64,000 nt of DNA from Candidatus Mediterraneibacter norfolkensis (GTDB lineage: Bacteria > Bacillota > Clostridia > Lachnospirales > Lachnospiraceae): contig DWUT01000013.1 of the NCBI GenBank assembly GCA_019120615.1, positions 2,519 to 66,518 on the forward strand, read 5' to 3'. Positions 18,271 through 28,021 of the stretch are shown one piece after another. The notes under the pieces are model-generated. The model was not told the DNA's origin. It did not search any database and saw nothing but the letters and a program-made list of their open reading frames with translations. The translations under genes were made by a program, and so were the position numbers. How positions within the stretch are numbered: the first letter of the stretch is position 1; each line of letters opens with the position of its first letter.

Positions 18271-18285
18271 AATAGGCCCCCTCCT

Positions 18286-19116
18286 CTATTTCTTTTTTCT
18301 TCCCCTTCTCGCCTTCTTTGCCGAACCGCCGCCGTCTTCAGAATCAAGCAGCATCTGCTGGCGCTTCTGGGAAAGCGTGGAGGCGAGCCTCTCCCTTAAC
18401 ATTTTCGGGTTATCTCCTTCCTGGATTCCCAGGACTCCCTCCACGATGATCTCTTTATAGAGTCTCTCTTCCTCATCTCTGATGTTCAGTTTTGAGGTGA
18501 TCGGATGGAATATAAGGTTGGCTAGCATACATCCGTAAAACGTTGTGACCAGCGCAACAGACATGTTTGCTCCCAGACTGGCGGATGATCCGGACGAGAG
18601 ATCCATATCCTTTAACATATTGATCAGTCCGATCAGTGTTCCGATCATACCGAAAGCAGGAGCGTAAGCGGAACCCCTGATATACATATCAATCTGCTGT
18701 GCGTGCCGCTGGGATGTATTTTCAATATCCTGCTCCAGAGTGCTTCGGATCTTCTCAGGATCCAGCGCATCCACCACGTACATCACGCTTTTTTTCAGAA
18801 AAGGCTCCTCCACTTCAGCCACCCGTGATTCCAGGGCCAGAAGTCCGTCTTTCCTCGCAACCTGCGCGAAATCAGTAAATATATCAAGAAGCGGTTCGGG
18901 TTGATAGCGCTTGGAACTGCAGATGATTATCAGGTGCTTTCCCACATTCTTCAGAACATTGAACGGGAAACTGGCGATAATCGAGCTGATCGTACCGCCG
19001 ACAACGATCAGCACACTGGGAATATCCACAAAATTCCATATACTTCCGCTGCCCAGAATACCGTATATGCAAAAAGCAAATCCGGCTACTATACCAACAA
19101 TACTTGTTATGTCCAT
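18286..19116 (-). CDS. motA: Flagellar stator protein MotA
   Basis: 276 aa with 4 TM segments and a MotA/TolQ/ExbB channel signature (APAFGMIGTLIGLI). Immediately upstream of motB. Confidence 0.9.
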   Translation of the reverse strand: MDITSIVGIVAGFAFCIYGILGSGSIWNFVDIPSVLIVVGGTISSIIASFPFNVLKNVGKHLIIICSSKRYQPEPLLDIFTDFAQVARKDGLLALESRVAEVEEPFLKKSVMYVVDALDPEKIRSTLEQDIENTSQRHAQQIDMYIRGSAYAPAFGMIGTLIGLINMLKDMDLSSGSSASLGANMSVALVTTFYGCMLANLIFHPITSKLNIRDEEERLYKEIIVEGVLGIQEGDNPKMLRERLASTLSQKRQQMLLDSEDGGGSAKKARRGRKKK

Positions 19117-19119
19117 CGT

Positions 19120-19320
19120 CTATACCTCCAAATCTGCCCTCTCACAGATTGCTCTTCTGTATTGTGTGATCCTGCGTATGATCTCATCCTCATCTTCTCT
19201 CACGATATGAAAGTGTCCGTTCATCATGATGATCTTGGACTCGGGGATCAGTTCCACATACTCGATCTGAAACGGATTGATCAGGATGATACTTCCGTTT
19301 AATCTGGTAAATTCAACCAT
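19120..19320 (-). CDS. flbD: Flagellar protein FlbD
   Basis: Start moved to ATG 19320 (GGAGG RBS). MVEFTRLNGSIILINPFQIEYVELIPESKIIMMNGHFHIVRE is the FlbD family signature. Usual position upstream of motA. Confidence 0.85.
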   Translation of the reverse strand: MVEFTRLNGSIILINPFQIEYVELIPESKIIMMNGHFHIVREDEDEIIRRITQYRRAICERADLEV

Positions 19321-19347
19321 AAAAACCTCCAAACATACCGGAGCATA

Positions 19348-19378
19348 CCGGAAACGCCCCGGCATAAGGCGTTTCCGG
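19348..19378 (-). other. GC-rich intercistronic stem-loop directly downstream of flgE
   Basis: Perfect 11-bp arms (ccggaaacgcc at 19348-19358, ggcgtttccgg at 19368-19378) with a 9-nt loop. No clear U-tract follows on the minus strand. Confidence 0.55.
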
Positions 19379-19405
19379 CTGTCAGAAATCCTTACTCTCT
19401 CTTCA

Positions 19406-20335
19406 CTATCTCTTCATGTTTACAAGCTCTTCAAGCATCTCGTCAGAGACTGTGATCATCCTTGTGTTTGCCTGGTAACCTCTCTGCGTCGTGATCATGT
19501 ACGACATCTCCGTTGCCAGATCCACATTGGACATCTCCAGATTGCTGCTGAGGATGCTTCCGGTAGCATCGTTTGATCCCATGACTGTAACATTTCCAGC
19601 ATTCTGCCCAACTCCGTAGAGGAATCCGCCCTGCTGCTCAAGGCCGCCTACGTTCTCAACCATCGCCACCGCAATCTTTCCTACGACATGAGCCACACTG
19701 TCATTGTCCACAACTGTGATCGTACCGTCGTCCGCTATTCTAATGGAGTTGAAATCAATCGGACCTCTTGTATTATTACCAGTAATTGCCATATTCAGCT
19801 GAATCGGCTGAATCTCACCTGTATCAGTCACCGTGACATTGCCATCGCCATCTATACTTCCATTGACATAGCCGTACACGTAATTTCCCGTATCGTCTAC
19901 CAGATATCCATTGCTGTCGATGCCGAAGGCCCCAACTCTGCTCAGGCTCAGCCCGCTCCCCGCAAGTCCATTGTTAGCTGGATCAACAACTCCATTATTT
20001 CCCGTCATGGGACCGACAATGAAGAACGCCGGTCCGTTGATCATACAGTCCCAACCGTTTCCTGTATAGAACTGGCTCCCTGTTGTGGTGTTTGTGACGA
20101 TAGAGCTGACGTTGGCACCGAAACCGATGACGGATGAATTGACGCCTCCGAGGTTGCCCTGGGTATTGTTTCCGGCACGTCCGGAGAGATAACTCTGGTA
20201 CATGGAATCCGAGAAGTTGGCGCTCTTTGACTTGTAGCCCCATGTGTTTACGTTCGCGATATTGTTACCGATTACGTCCATTTTTGTCTGATGTGACTTT
20301 AATCCGGCGATAGCCGACTGCATTGATCTTATCAT
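19406..20335 (-). CDS. flgE: Flagellar hook protein FlgE
   Basis: 309 aa. N-terminus MQSAIAGLKSHQTKMDVIGNNIANVNTWGYK and C-terminus LEMSNVDLATEMSYMITTQRGYQANTRMITVSDEML. Confidence 0.9.
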   Translation of the reverse strand: MIRSMQSAIAGLKSHQTKMDVIGNNIANVNTWGYKSKSANFSDSMYQSYLSGRAGNNTQGNLGGVNSSVIGFGANVSSIVTNTTTGSQFYTGNGWDCMINGPAFFIVGPMTGNNGVVDPANNGLAGSGLSLSRVGAFGIDSNGYLVDDTGNYVYGYVNGSIDGDGNVTVTDTGEIQPIQLNMAITGNNTRGPIDFNSIRIADDGTITVVDNDSVAHVVGKIAVAMVENVGGLEQQGGFLYGVGQNAGNVTVMGSNDATGSILSSNLEMSNVDLATEMSYMITTQRGYQANTRMITVSDEMLEELVNMKR

Positions 20336-20380
20336 TTTGCTGCATTCTCCTTTTTTCTTTTTTACTGAAAACGCTGCCTC

Positions 20381-20430
20381 GTCCGTCTGTCAGTCGCACA
20401 GGCGGACAGAGCCTCCTCCCGGAGGTCCGG
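20381..20430 (-). other. GC-rich structured spacer upstream of flgE (two adjacent hairpins)
   Basis: gtccgtctg (20381-20389) pairs with caggcggac (20399-20407), 9 bp with one mismatch or wobble. cctcc (20412-20416) pairs with ggagg (20421-20425). Lies inside the 97-nt gap at 20336-20432. Confidence 0.4.
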
Positions 20431-20432
20431 CC

Positions 20433-20819
20433 CTACATAAAGACAGCGCTGTCGATGTTGGTAAATATGTTCTGTCTCATTTCCTGTTCCGTGATCGTTG
20501 TCACGACGATATTGTTGGGCACGTTCACGATAAACGCTCCCTGTTTTCCGATCACCACCGTTTCTTTTGAGCCTTTCAGTCTGGCCCGCTCTACCGCCTG
20601 GGTCAGGTCTCTGATGTTATCACCTGACAGACTGACTCCGCGCTGGACCATCCTCTGCTCGGCATGCCTGGAAAACTGGATCTGCCCTGCCTGAGACTGG
20701 CTGTTCTCCGCCTGCTCCCTCAGACACGCGGCAAAGTCTGTGCCACTGTTTCCCTGTATCCCGGACTCATGCTGAATCCTGAGCGACTGGGCGCTTACCA
20801 CTTTCCCGACCTGCGTCAT
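20433..20819 (-). CDS. Small flagellar operon protein of unknown function (TIGR02530-like family found between flgD and flgE)
   Basis: 128 aa. FSRHAEQRMVQRGVSLS..L..AVERARLKGSKETVVIG..GAFIVNV..N.VVT matches the conserved small protein usually encoded between flgD and flgE in Firmicutes and spirochetes. Confidence 0.65.
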   Translation of the reverse strand: MTQVGKVVSAQSLRIQHESGIQGNSGTDFAACLREQAENSQSQAGQIQFSRHAEQRMVQRGVSLSGDNIRDLTQAVERARLKGSKETVVIGKQGAFIVNVPNNIVVTTITEQEMRQNIFTNIDSAVFM

Positions 20820-20857
20820 ATCCTCTCACCTCATTCCCCTGACTTCGGGCTGTCTCA

Positions 20858-21403
20858 TCAGATGCTCTCAGTCTGTGTGCCGTCCCCGGTTTCCGGAGTC
20901 TCCGTATCAGGAACTTCTGTATCCTGAGGTACCTGACCGACACTCATGATCTGTACGATGCTGTATTCCTTCCCGTTTACGATCACAGAAGGGGTGGTGC
21001 CAAGGGTGACGCCTGTCACGACTCCTGTCGTCTCTTCTCCTGTGTAATTTCCAGAGGAGTCCACCTCTGCGAGAGTTACTTCTTTCCCCATCATGGATGA
21101 AGAATAGCTCATCAGGTTCACTGTTGTCAGATCCGATATGGCCGAGGTCATCTGATCAAGCATCTGAGACATCTGAGTCTGCACGAGCTGGTCCATCATT
21201 TCGGACGTATCCATCGGATTATCCGCGTCCTGGTACTGAAGCTGCGTGGCGAGAAGCTCGTAAAAATCTGTCATGGACAGGGAATTTACAGCCTTCTCAG
21301 AAAGCGAGCTGTTCGTTGTTGACGTGCTGCCTGTAGAACGTGTATTCTGCGTTGTGTTTCCGGCATACAAGCTCGTTGTTGCCAGTGCTGATATATCAGG
21401 CAT
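20858..21403 (-). CDS. flgD: Flagellar hook capping/assembly protein FlgD
   Basis: Start moved to ATG 21403 (GGAGG RBS). SMTDFYELLATQLQYQDADNPMDTSEMMDQLVQ is the FlgD N-terminal motif. Confidence 0.85.
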   Translation of the reverse strand: MPDISALATTSLYAGNTTQNTRSTGSTSTTNSSLSEKAVNSLSMTDFYELLATQLQYQDADNPMDTSEMMDQLVQTQMSQMLDQMTSAISDLTTVNLMSYSSSMMGKEVTLAEVDSSGNYTGEETTGVVTGVTLGTTPSVIVNGKEYSIVQIMSVGQVPQDTEVPDTETPETGDGTQTESI

Positions 21404-21437
21404 ATTTATTTCCTCCTTTGTATCGATCCAAGCCTGC

Positions 21438-22760
21438 CTACATAATCCCAAGTCTGAGTTGATGAAGGAAATCTCCATCCAGTTCTCTGGACCTGTCTTT
21501 CTGTCTGCGGCTCTGTTCTCTGGCGCTCTCCTGCCGGTCTTCCCGGCCCGGATTCTGATCATACTGTTCTGTGTAGCTATCCGGCTGTCTGTCAACAATA
21601 ACTTCCGTGGGCTGACCCATGCGCTCCTGAAGGATCACTCCAAGATCCGCTGCATAATGGGAAAGGCGCTCTGCCCCGCCCGGGTCACTGCATGTGATCA
21701 GAACAGATGCGGTTCCATGCTCATATACCGCTTTGATCGTGATCTTCCCAAGGTGTTCCGGCTCCAGCTGGAGACTGATCTCACCTTTATCAGACACAAA
21801 AGCTTTCTCTGTCATATCGAGCAGCTTCTGTATATCCGCTGTCCGGTCAGTGCCGCTTAAATGCAGGGTTTCTGAAACTGTCCCCTGTCCGGCCGCCGCT
21901 CCGGTGCGTGTGTGCTCAGCATTTCCGGTTACACCTGCTGATCCGTCGGGAACATTCTCCCCGGAACTCTCTGTTTTGCCATCCTCACCGCCATTCAATG
22001 CCTGCACCTTTATTCCAGATGCGCTTTCCAATGTCTGACCTGCTGTTGTGCCGTCAGAGATTTCCACGGAAGTCCGGTTTTCCGCCTCCCTGTTCTTAAG
22101 GTCCGCATTGGCAAAATCCTGCACTGTCCTGGCTGAAGCATCCTGAGCTTCCTCCGTCATGGATATCCTTTCTCCGAAAACGCCGGTCCCACTGTGATCC
22201 ATTGACGCCTCCGGCTCCATCTCACCGGCTGCGGCAGTCAGTGTAGCCGCTGTACTGTACTCTCCCTGGGTTGTCTGCACGTCCCCGGCGTTTTCCTGAC
22301 CGGTGATGATCTGCATGTCCACACCGCTTTCCAGACCGGCATCTGCCTGAGACTGTAAAGTGATATCAGCTGCTCCCTGCCCGGTCGCCAGCGGCTGGGT
22401 TCCCGAAACAGCTGTCATCTGTTCTGCAGTTACTGCCAGCCCTGTCAGTGTGGGATCAGTCATCTCTGTCAATGGACTGTTCCACCAGAGCGCCGCCTGA
22501 AACATCCCGGCGCCGACATACACAGCTGCTGACTCCTCCTGGCCGTCCGGCTGATTCTCAGCGGAAGCGAATGGCTTCTCAGAAGTCTGCAGTGTATTCT
22601 GCATCTCCTTGAGCATACCTGAAAACAGGCCGGAACCTTCCCCGTCAGACACTGCTGTCTCTGAACCGGAATCCGACGAACCGCCCGAAACCATCTGCGT
22701 GCCCGGCTTGATCATGTTCTGCATGATCATGCTCTGCATCGACATATCCATCTTTCTCAC
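21438..22760 (-). CDS. fliK: Flagellar hook-length control protein FliK
   Basis: 440 aa. Low-complexity S/T/G/A/E-rich central part and a C-terminal Flg_hook-type domain (ISLQLEPEHLGKITIKAVYEHGTASVLITCSD). Confidence 0.8.
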   Translation of the reverse strand: MRKMDMSMQSMIMQNMIKPGTQMVSGGSSDSGSETAVSDGEGSGLFSGMLKEMQNTLQTSEKPFASAENQPDGQEESAAVYVGAGMFQAALWWNSPLTEMTDPTLTGLAVTAEQMTAVSGTQPLATGQGAADITLQSQADAGLESGVDMQIITGQENAGDVQTTQGEYSTAATLTAAAGEMEPEASMDHSGTGVFGERISMTEEAQDASARTVQDFANADLKNREAENRTSVEISDGTTAGQTLESASGIKVQALNGGEDGKTESSGENVPDGSAGVTGNAEHTRTGAAAGQGTVSETLHLSGTDRTADIQKLLDMTEKAFVSDKGEISLQLEPEHLGKITIKAVYEHGTASVLITCSDPGGAERLSHYAADLGVILQERMGQPTEVIVDRQPDSYTEQYDQNPGREDRQESAREQSRRQKDRSRELDGDFLHQLRLGIM

Positions 22761-22817
22761 CTCCCTTTTTTTAATATCTATGGCAATCCGTCCCGATATC
22801 GGAACAGAGTTACCAGC

Positions 22818-23270
22818 TTAATCCTTTCCTTTGGCGGAGATCATGCGGTTTGAAACAAACTCTTCGATCTCCAGCTCTCTGGCTTTTTCCTCAGCGGCAT
22901 CGTATTCCTGTCTTTTTTTCTCTTTGAGCATCTGTATGGACGAGGTCTCCTGCTTTGCATGGATCACCTCTTCTCTCTTCTGCTCCTCCTGTTTCTTCAG
23001 TTCGCCGAGTGCCATCTTCTCATTTCTGATCCTGCCGATCAGCAGATTCATGTAATCAGACCGCCCGCGTAACCGGGCCACTGATATCTGTCGGGTTTCG
23101 TCCAGACCTGCCTTATCCCGGTACTGAACAAACTCATCCTCCAGGCCGCTGATCTGCTCTTCCTTATCCCTGACCTTTTTTACTGCCTGACCGTGCTCAT
23201 TTCTCAGGCTCTGCTCCACCTGTTCTTTATAATTGAGCACTCTCTCCAGGGAAAACGAAAACTTTTTCAT
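22818..23270 (-). CDS. fliJ: Flagellar export chaperone FliJ
   Basis: 150-aa coiled-coil protein (MKKFSFSLERVLNYKEQVE..) directly downstream of fliI. Confidence 0.8.
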   Translation of the reverse strand: MKKFSFSLERVLNYKEQVEQSLRNEHGQAVKKVRDKEEQISGLEDEFVQYRDKAGLDETRQISVARLRGRSDYMNLLIGRIRNEKMALGELKKQEEQKREEVIHAKQETSSIQMLKEKKRQEYDAAEEKARELEIEEFVSNRMISAKGKD

Positions 23271-23297
23271 CGCTGCTCCCTTCCCGACCTTGCATCA

Positions 23298-24614
23298 TCA
23301 TTTCTCTTCCAGGATCTTCCTCATTATACTTACCGTCTCCTCAAGAGTGAAGTTTTCATCGGTTTTCTGCATGAGAAAACTATTGATCTTATTGATCTTC
23401 GAAATTGCATAATCAAGTTTTGGATTGGTTCCTGCCTTGTACGCCCCGATGGAGATCAGGTCTTCATTCTGTGCATAAAGGCTTAAGATATCCCGCATTC
23501 TGGATGCCAGAGATTTATGCCCCTCATCCACGATGTCCGCCATCAGCCTCGATATGCTGGCGTTTACGTCAATCGCCGGGAAATGATTGGAATTCGCGAG
23601 TTTCCTTGAGAGTACAATATGTCCGTCAAGGATACCGCGGACAGTATCCGCAACGGGTTCATTCGTGTCATCCCCTTCTACAAGCACTGTGTAAACACCG
23701 GTTATGGAGCCCTTCTCAAAATTCCCGCTGCGCTCCAGAAGCTTCGGGAACTCAGCGTAGATCGAAGGGGTATATCCTCTTGCCACAGGCGGCTCTCCGG
23801 TGGCAAGCCCGATTTCCCTCTGCGCCATGGCAAACCTAGTGAGGGAATCCATCATGAGCATGACGTCTTTTCCCTGGTCTTTAAAGTATTCGGCAATCGT
23901 AGTGGCTACAAGGGGGCATTTCATACGCAGCATTGCCGGCTGATCTGAAGTTGCCACAACAAGCACAGACCGCTTCATTCCCTCCGGGCCCAGGTCCTTC
24001 TCCACGAACTCAAGGACCTCCCTTCCACGTTCTCCCACAAGGGCGATCACGTTGATATCTGACTCCACGTTTCTCGCGATCATTCCCATCAGCGTACTCT
24101 TTCCGACGCCGCTGCCGGCGAAGATTCCGATACGCTGGCCTTTGCCGATCGTGTTAAGTCCGTCGATCGCCTTGATCCCGAAATTCAGCGTCTGAGAGAT
24201 CCGCGGCCTGCTCAGTGGATTGATTCTCGGATTTTCGACATAATAATACCGGGGAGAAGTAAAGCTGCCTTTTTCATCCATCGGACGCCCCAGCGCGTCT
24301 ATAATCCGGCCTCTAAGAAACTCACCCACCGGTATCTTTAATCTCTTTTTTGTATTTCTGACAAAACTGTTTGACCCTATTCCGCTGATGCTCTCATAAG
24401 CCATAAGCTGAACGCGGTCGTCGCGGAATCCTACTACTTCCGCCTGGATCTGCCGATGCTGTTCCTCGTCATAGATCATGACGATATCACCGATATTCGC
24501 ACTGCCGCCGGACGCTTCCATTGACATTCCGGTAATATTCTCGATCCGCCCTGTATGGTTGATCGTTTCTGCCTGCATTATTAACTTCGGTATTTCTTTC
24601 AGCATTCTTAACAC
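23298..24614 (-). CDS. fliI: Flagellum-specific ATPase FliI
   Basis: 438 aa with Walker A GSGVGKST and Walker B VMLMMDSLTR. F1-ATPase beta-like. Confidence 0.95.
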   Translation of the reverse strand: MLRMLKEIPKLIMQAETINHTGRIENITGMSMEASGGSANIGDIVMIYDEEQHRQIQAEVVGFRDDRVQLMAYESISGIGSNSFVRNTKKRLKIPVGEFLRGRIIDALGRPMDEKGSFTSPRYYYVENPRINPLSRPRISQTLNFGIKAIDGLNTIGKGQRIGIFAGSGVGKSTLMGMIARNVESDINVIALVGERGREVLEFVEKDLGPEGMKRSVLVVATSDQPAMLRMKCPLVATTIAEYFKDQGKDVMLMMDSLTRFAMAQREIGLATGEPPVARGYTPSIYAEFPKLLERSGNFEKGSITGVYTVLVEGDDTNEPVADTVRGILDGHIVLSRKLANSNHFPAIDVNASISRLMADIVDEGHKSLASRMRDILSLYAQNEDLISIGAYKAGTNPKLDYAISKINKINSFLMQKTDENFTLEETVSIMRKILEEK

Positions 24615-24623
24615 CCCGCAATA

Positions 24624-25403
24624 CTATACCTTCGCATTATTCAGAATCTCCTGAATATTCTCGAGCTGGGTCCCTACACTGATGTCCATCACTTCATCGG
24701 GCAGCTCGATCAGACATGTTCCCGGAGCTGCGTCATCTATTGCGATGATCTTGACATTGTCCGAAATCTTAGACAACTCATGGAGCAGTTCCGCGTCACC
24801 CTGTATCTCAGCAAACCCTTCTTCCGGGTCTTCGGATATGTAGATTTTTGCCCATGCCGTCTTTTTCAGCTTCCCGACCGCGGCAAGGATCATATTTTTT
24901 ACAACAGCCCCGCTGGACTTCAGGCTCGCCTGGATGATCTTTTCACCGATGGCAAGAGCAATGTCTTTCAGATCATCCAGATACTCTTCCATCACGCGTT
25001 CCTTCGCGTGCTCCATCTCGAGAACATAGTCGCTGATCTTCTTCTCCAGTTCCCTGCACTCTGAGGAGAGTTCTGCCCTGTGCTCTTCATACGCCTTCTC
25101 GCGTCCTTCATCGCACCCCTGCTTCATCCCCTTGATGTAGCCTGCCTCATAGGCATCTTTCCTGATCTTCGCGGCCTCTTCCCGCGCCCGGGCCAGGATC
25201 TCCTGAGCTTTCCGAATGCTCTCTTCCTCCGCGGCGATCCGTTCGCGGTGCAGACGTTCCTCTTCATCAGTGAGAGAAGACATCTCCGCCTCTTCCCCTG
25301 CCTCTTCCGGGTGCAGGGCGGCATCCATCAGGTCAGGGAGACTGACTTCATGCCAGGCCGCCCCTTCCTGACTGTTTACTATAACTTTAGACAATGATCT
25401 CAT
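24624..25403 (-). CDS. fliH: Flagellar assembly protein FliH
   Basis: 259 aa with an E/A/K-rich coiled coil followed by a FliH C-terminal domain. Position between fliG and fliI. Confidence 0.8.
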   Translation of the reverse strand: MRSLSKVIVNSQEGAAWHEVSLPDLMDAALHPEEAGEEAEMSSLTDEEERLHRERIAAEEESIRKAQEILARAREEAAKIRKDAYEAGYIKGMKQGCDEGREKAYEEHRAELSSECRELEKKISDYVLEMEHAKERVMEEYLDDLKDIALAIGEKIIQASLKSSGAVVKNMILAAVGKLKKTAWAKIYISEDPEEGFAEIQGDAELLHELSKISDNVKIIAIDDAAPGTCLIELPDEVMDISVGTQLENIQEILNNAKV

Positions 25404-26409
25404 CCTTTCCGCCCTTGCTGATCACAAGTTCGCCTTCCTCATCAAGCCGCCTGATGATATTGACGATATGCTGCTGCGCTTCTTCCACATCTCTCAGACG
25501 TACATTGACCGTAATCTCCAGGTCGGACTTGACGGTATCCGCCATACGGGTCGACATATTCGCGTAAAACAGAGACGCGATGGAATCGTCCGCTCCCTTG
25601 AGGGCATAGACAATATCCTTCATATCGCACTCCCTGATAAAACGCTGGATTGAACGGTTGTCCATAGTAGCGATATCCTCGAACACGAACATCTTCTTCC
25701 GGATCGTATCGGCAAGTTCCGGCTCTGTCTTGTTCATCTCGTCGAAGATGTACTTCTCGTTTGACCGGTCCATGTTGTTCATGACATCCGCAATGTAGTC
25801 CACGCCGCCGATCGTTGTAAAATCAGTGGTAAGGATGCTGTTGAATTTCTCCCTGAGCTTCTGCTCCACAATCTTGATCGCGTCCGGCGAAGCACTTTCC
25901 ATCTTGGCAATCGCCTCCACGACTTTGATCCTTTTTTTCTCCGGAAGCTCCGTGATCACCTCCGCAGCCTGCTGGGCATCCGAGTAAGAGAGAACCATGG
26001 CGATCGTCTGGGGACGCTCATACTGGAGAACCGCAAACAGGTTTTTGCTGTCCATTTTGTGCAGGAACTCAAAAGACCTGTTCTGCAGGAACTTCGCCAC
26101 TTTCTGCAGAAGCTCCCTGGCCGTAGATTCGCCGTAAGCTTTCTCAAGAACAGATCTTGCATACTCCATGCCGCCGTCCGTGACTACTTTTCTCGTCAGA
26201 CAGGTTTTGTAGAAGTCGTCCAGGACCTCTTCTGTCCTGGCAGACTCCACATGGCCGAGCTTTGCGACTTCCAGTGTCAGCTTCTCTACTTCTTCCGCAT
26301 TCAGATACTTGTACACTTTTGACGCCTTATCCGCCCCCAGGGCGACGACAACGGTAGCTGCCTTCTGTTCCGGGGTAAGACTCGGCTGACTAGTTTGCGT
26401 CTGGCTCAT
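25387..26409 (-). CDS. fliG: Flagellar motor switch protein FliG
   Basis: ATG 26409 is preferred (GGAGG 9 nt upstream); ATG 26424 is an alternative. LTPEQKAATVVVALGADKASKVYKYL and the C-terminal torque helix region are typical of FliG. Confidence 0.9.
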   Translation of the reverse strand: MSQTQTSQPSLTPEQKAATVVVALGADKASKVYKYLNAEEVEKLTLEVAKLGHVESARTEEVLDDFYKTCLTRKVVTDGGMEYARSVLEKAYGESTARELLQKVAKFLQNRSFEFLHKMDSKNLFAVLQYERPQTIAMVLSYSDAQQAAEVITELPEKKRIKVVEAIAKMESASPDAIKIVEQKLREKFNSILTTDFTTIGGVDYIADVMNNMDRSNEKYIFDEMNKTEPELADTIRKKMFVFEDIATMDNRSIQRFIRECDMKDIVYALKGADDSIASLFYANMSTRMADTVKSDLEITVNVRLRDVEEAQQHIVNIIRRLDEEGELVISKGGKDEIIV

Positions 26410-27997
26410 CGTCTTTTCCTCCATTCAGCCATGACCTCAGCATTTGTGCTGAGATCTCAGGATTTGTCTCGGCGAAATCTCTTATATTCTCACGCAGCTC
26501 TCTGCTGCGTTCATTCTGTACGCTGAGGATATCCCTTCCCTCATCCTCTTCCTGCTGTTCAGGCATCAGAAGCGGCTCAGTCTCAAGTTCCTCTTCTTCA
26601 AGGCGTTTCTTTCTGCGCCTGCGCCTGATAATCGATCCGATGATCAGAGTCAATATCAGGAGTACAAGCAGTGCCGACCCGATAATTATGAACGGGATCA
26701 TCTGCTCAGTCAGCAGGGCCTGTACATCAGCGCCTGTATCCTGCGCTGTGTCATCCGTATAGAACGGAGCGGCAACAGCCGTGATCTTCTGGTCGATCCC
26801 ATCCATGCCGATTCCGGTGGCATTGGCCACAAGCTGGCGCACCTCGTCATAAGTAAGATTTCCAAAGTTGTTCCCGTTGATCGAGACAGAAACGGTCAGA
26901 TCATCCATAACTCCGGGATCGATCTCAGTCTGTTCTTTTACCTGATTGACAAGATAATCCCGGTCATAGGTCTCCGTGTTATAAGTGTCGGTTCCGTTTC
27001 CGTTCTGCTGATTATATTCTGTGATATCAGCATTTTCTTCCGTTCCAGCAACGCCGGCCGCAGCATCCGTACCGGTTCCCTCAGAAGTGGAACCGGATTC
27101 ACTGGAAATGATCCCGGTCTTATCATTCTCGTCGATCTTGTCCGGTGTTGTATATGTAGTGGACTCTCTGATGATCCGGTCCATGTTGACGCTTCCATTG
27201 GCGGATACTCTCACATTGCCGTCTCCATAGAACGGCGTGAGGATATTGATCACTTTCTGTTCAATCTTCTGCTCAATAATGCGGGACAGTTCCGCCTCAG
27301 TGGATCCGGAGCCTGTTTCGTCCGTGGAATCAGTCAGTTCGATTCCGTTCTGATCAAAAACAGAGACATTCTCCATCTGCATGTCCGGCACGCTTCGCGC
27401 AACCAGTCTCTGGATCGCTGCCGCCTGTTTGCTGCTCAGCTCAGCACCGCTCTTCATCGTTACAACGACAGAAGCGCTGGCTTCTGTTCCGGAGTTATCC
27501 TCCAGCACATACTGCTGTTCATCGCCGAGCGCAATGGTCACCTTCGCGTCGCTGACACCGTCAAAAAGCCCGATCGTAGCGCCTATCCGGTTCTGAAGTT
27601 CATAGAGCTTATACGTCTGCTGCTCAGAATCTGTTGCCATTCCGCCAGCGTTTTGTGTAAAAATATCATAGGTAAAACCGCTGCTTGGGTATCCCTCGTA
27701 GACAAGAGTTGCCCGGGTGCTGTCGGCCTGAGATTCTTCAACAAGAATTGTTCCATCGCCCTCATATCGGTAATCGACTCCCTCTTCCTGGAGTCTTCCG
27801 ACGATCTCCGAGACTTCTTCCTGAGAGATATCTGTAAACAGAGGGACATAATCTTTCTGGTTCAGGACCAGGGCGATCACCACTGCGCCGATGACCACTG
27901 CCGCTGCGACAACGGCTGATATGATCTTTACCCTCTTATCAAGCTGACTGACAAACTGCCTGAGCTCTGTGAATTTCTTTTTTATATCCGGCTTCAT
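26390..27997 (-). CDS. fliF: Flagellar MS-ring protein FliF
   Basis: 535 aa with an N-terminal TM, a YscJ/FliF ring domain, a C-terminal TM (IIGSALLVLLILTLIIGSII) and a FliG-binding tail. Confidence 0.9.
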   Translation of the reverse strand: MKPDIKKKFTELRQFVSQLDKRVKIISAVVAAAVVIGAVVIALVLNQKDYVPLFTDISQEEVSEIVGRLQEEGVDYRYEGDGTILVEESQADSTRATLVYEGYPSSGFTYDIFTQNAGGMATDSEQQTYKLYELQNRIGATIGLFDGVSDAKVTIALGDEQQYVLEDNSGTEASASVVVTMKSGAELSSKQAAAIQRLVARSVPDMQMENVSVFDQNGIELTDSTDETGSGSTEAELSRIIEQKIEQKVINILTPFYGDGNVRVSANGSVNMDRIIRESTTYTTPDKIDENDKTGIISSESGSTSEGTGTDAAAGVAGTEENADITEYNQQNGNGTDTYNTETYDRDYLVNQVKEQTEIDPGVMDDLTVSVSINGNNFGNLTYDEVRQLVANATGIGMDGIDQKITAVAAPFYTDDTAQDTGADVQALLTEQMIPFIIIGSALLVLLILTLIIGSIIRRRRRKKRLEEEELETEPLLMPEQQEEDEGRDILSVQNERSRELRENIRDFAETNPEISAQMLRSWLNGGKDDEPDAN

Positions 27998-28021
27998 CTC
28001 ATGTACCTTCTTTCGTCATGT

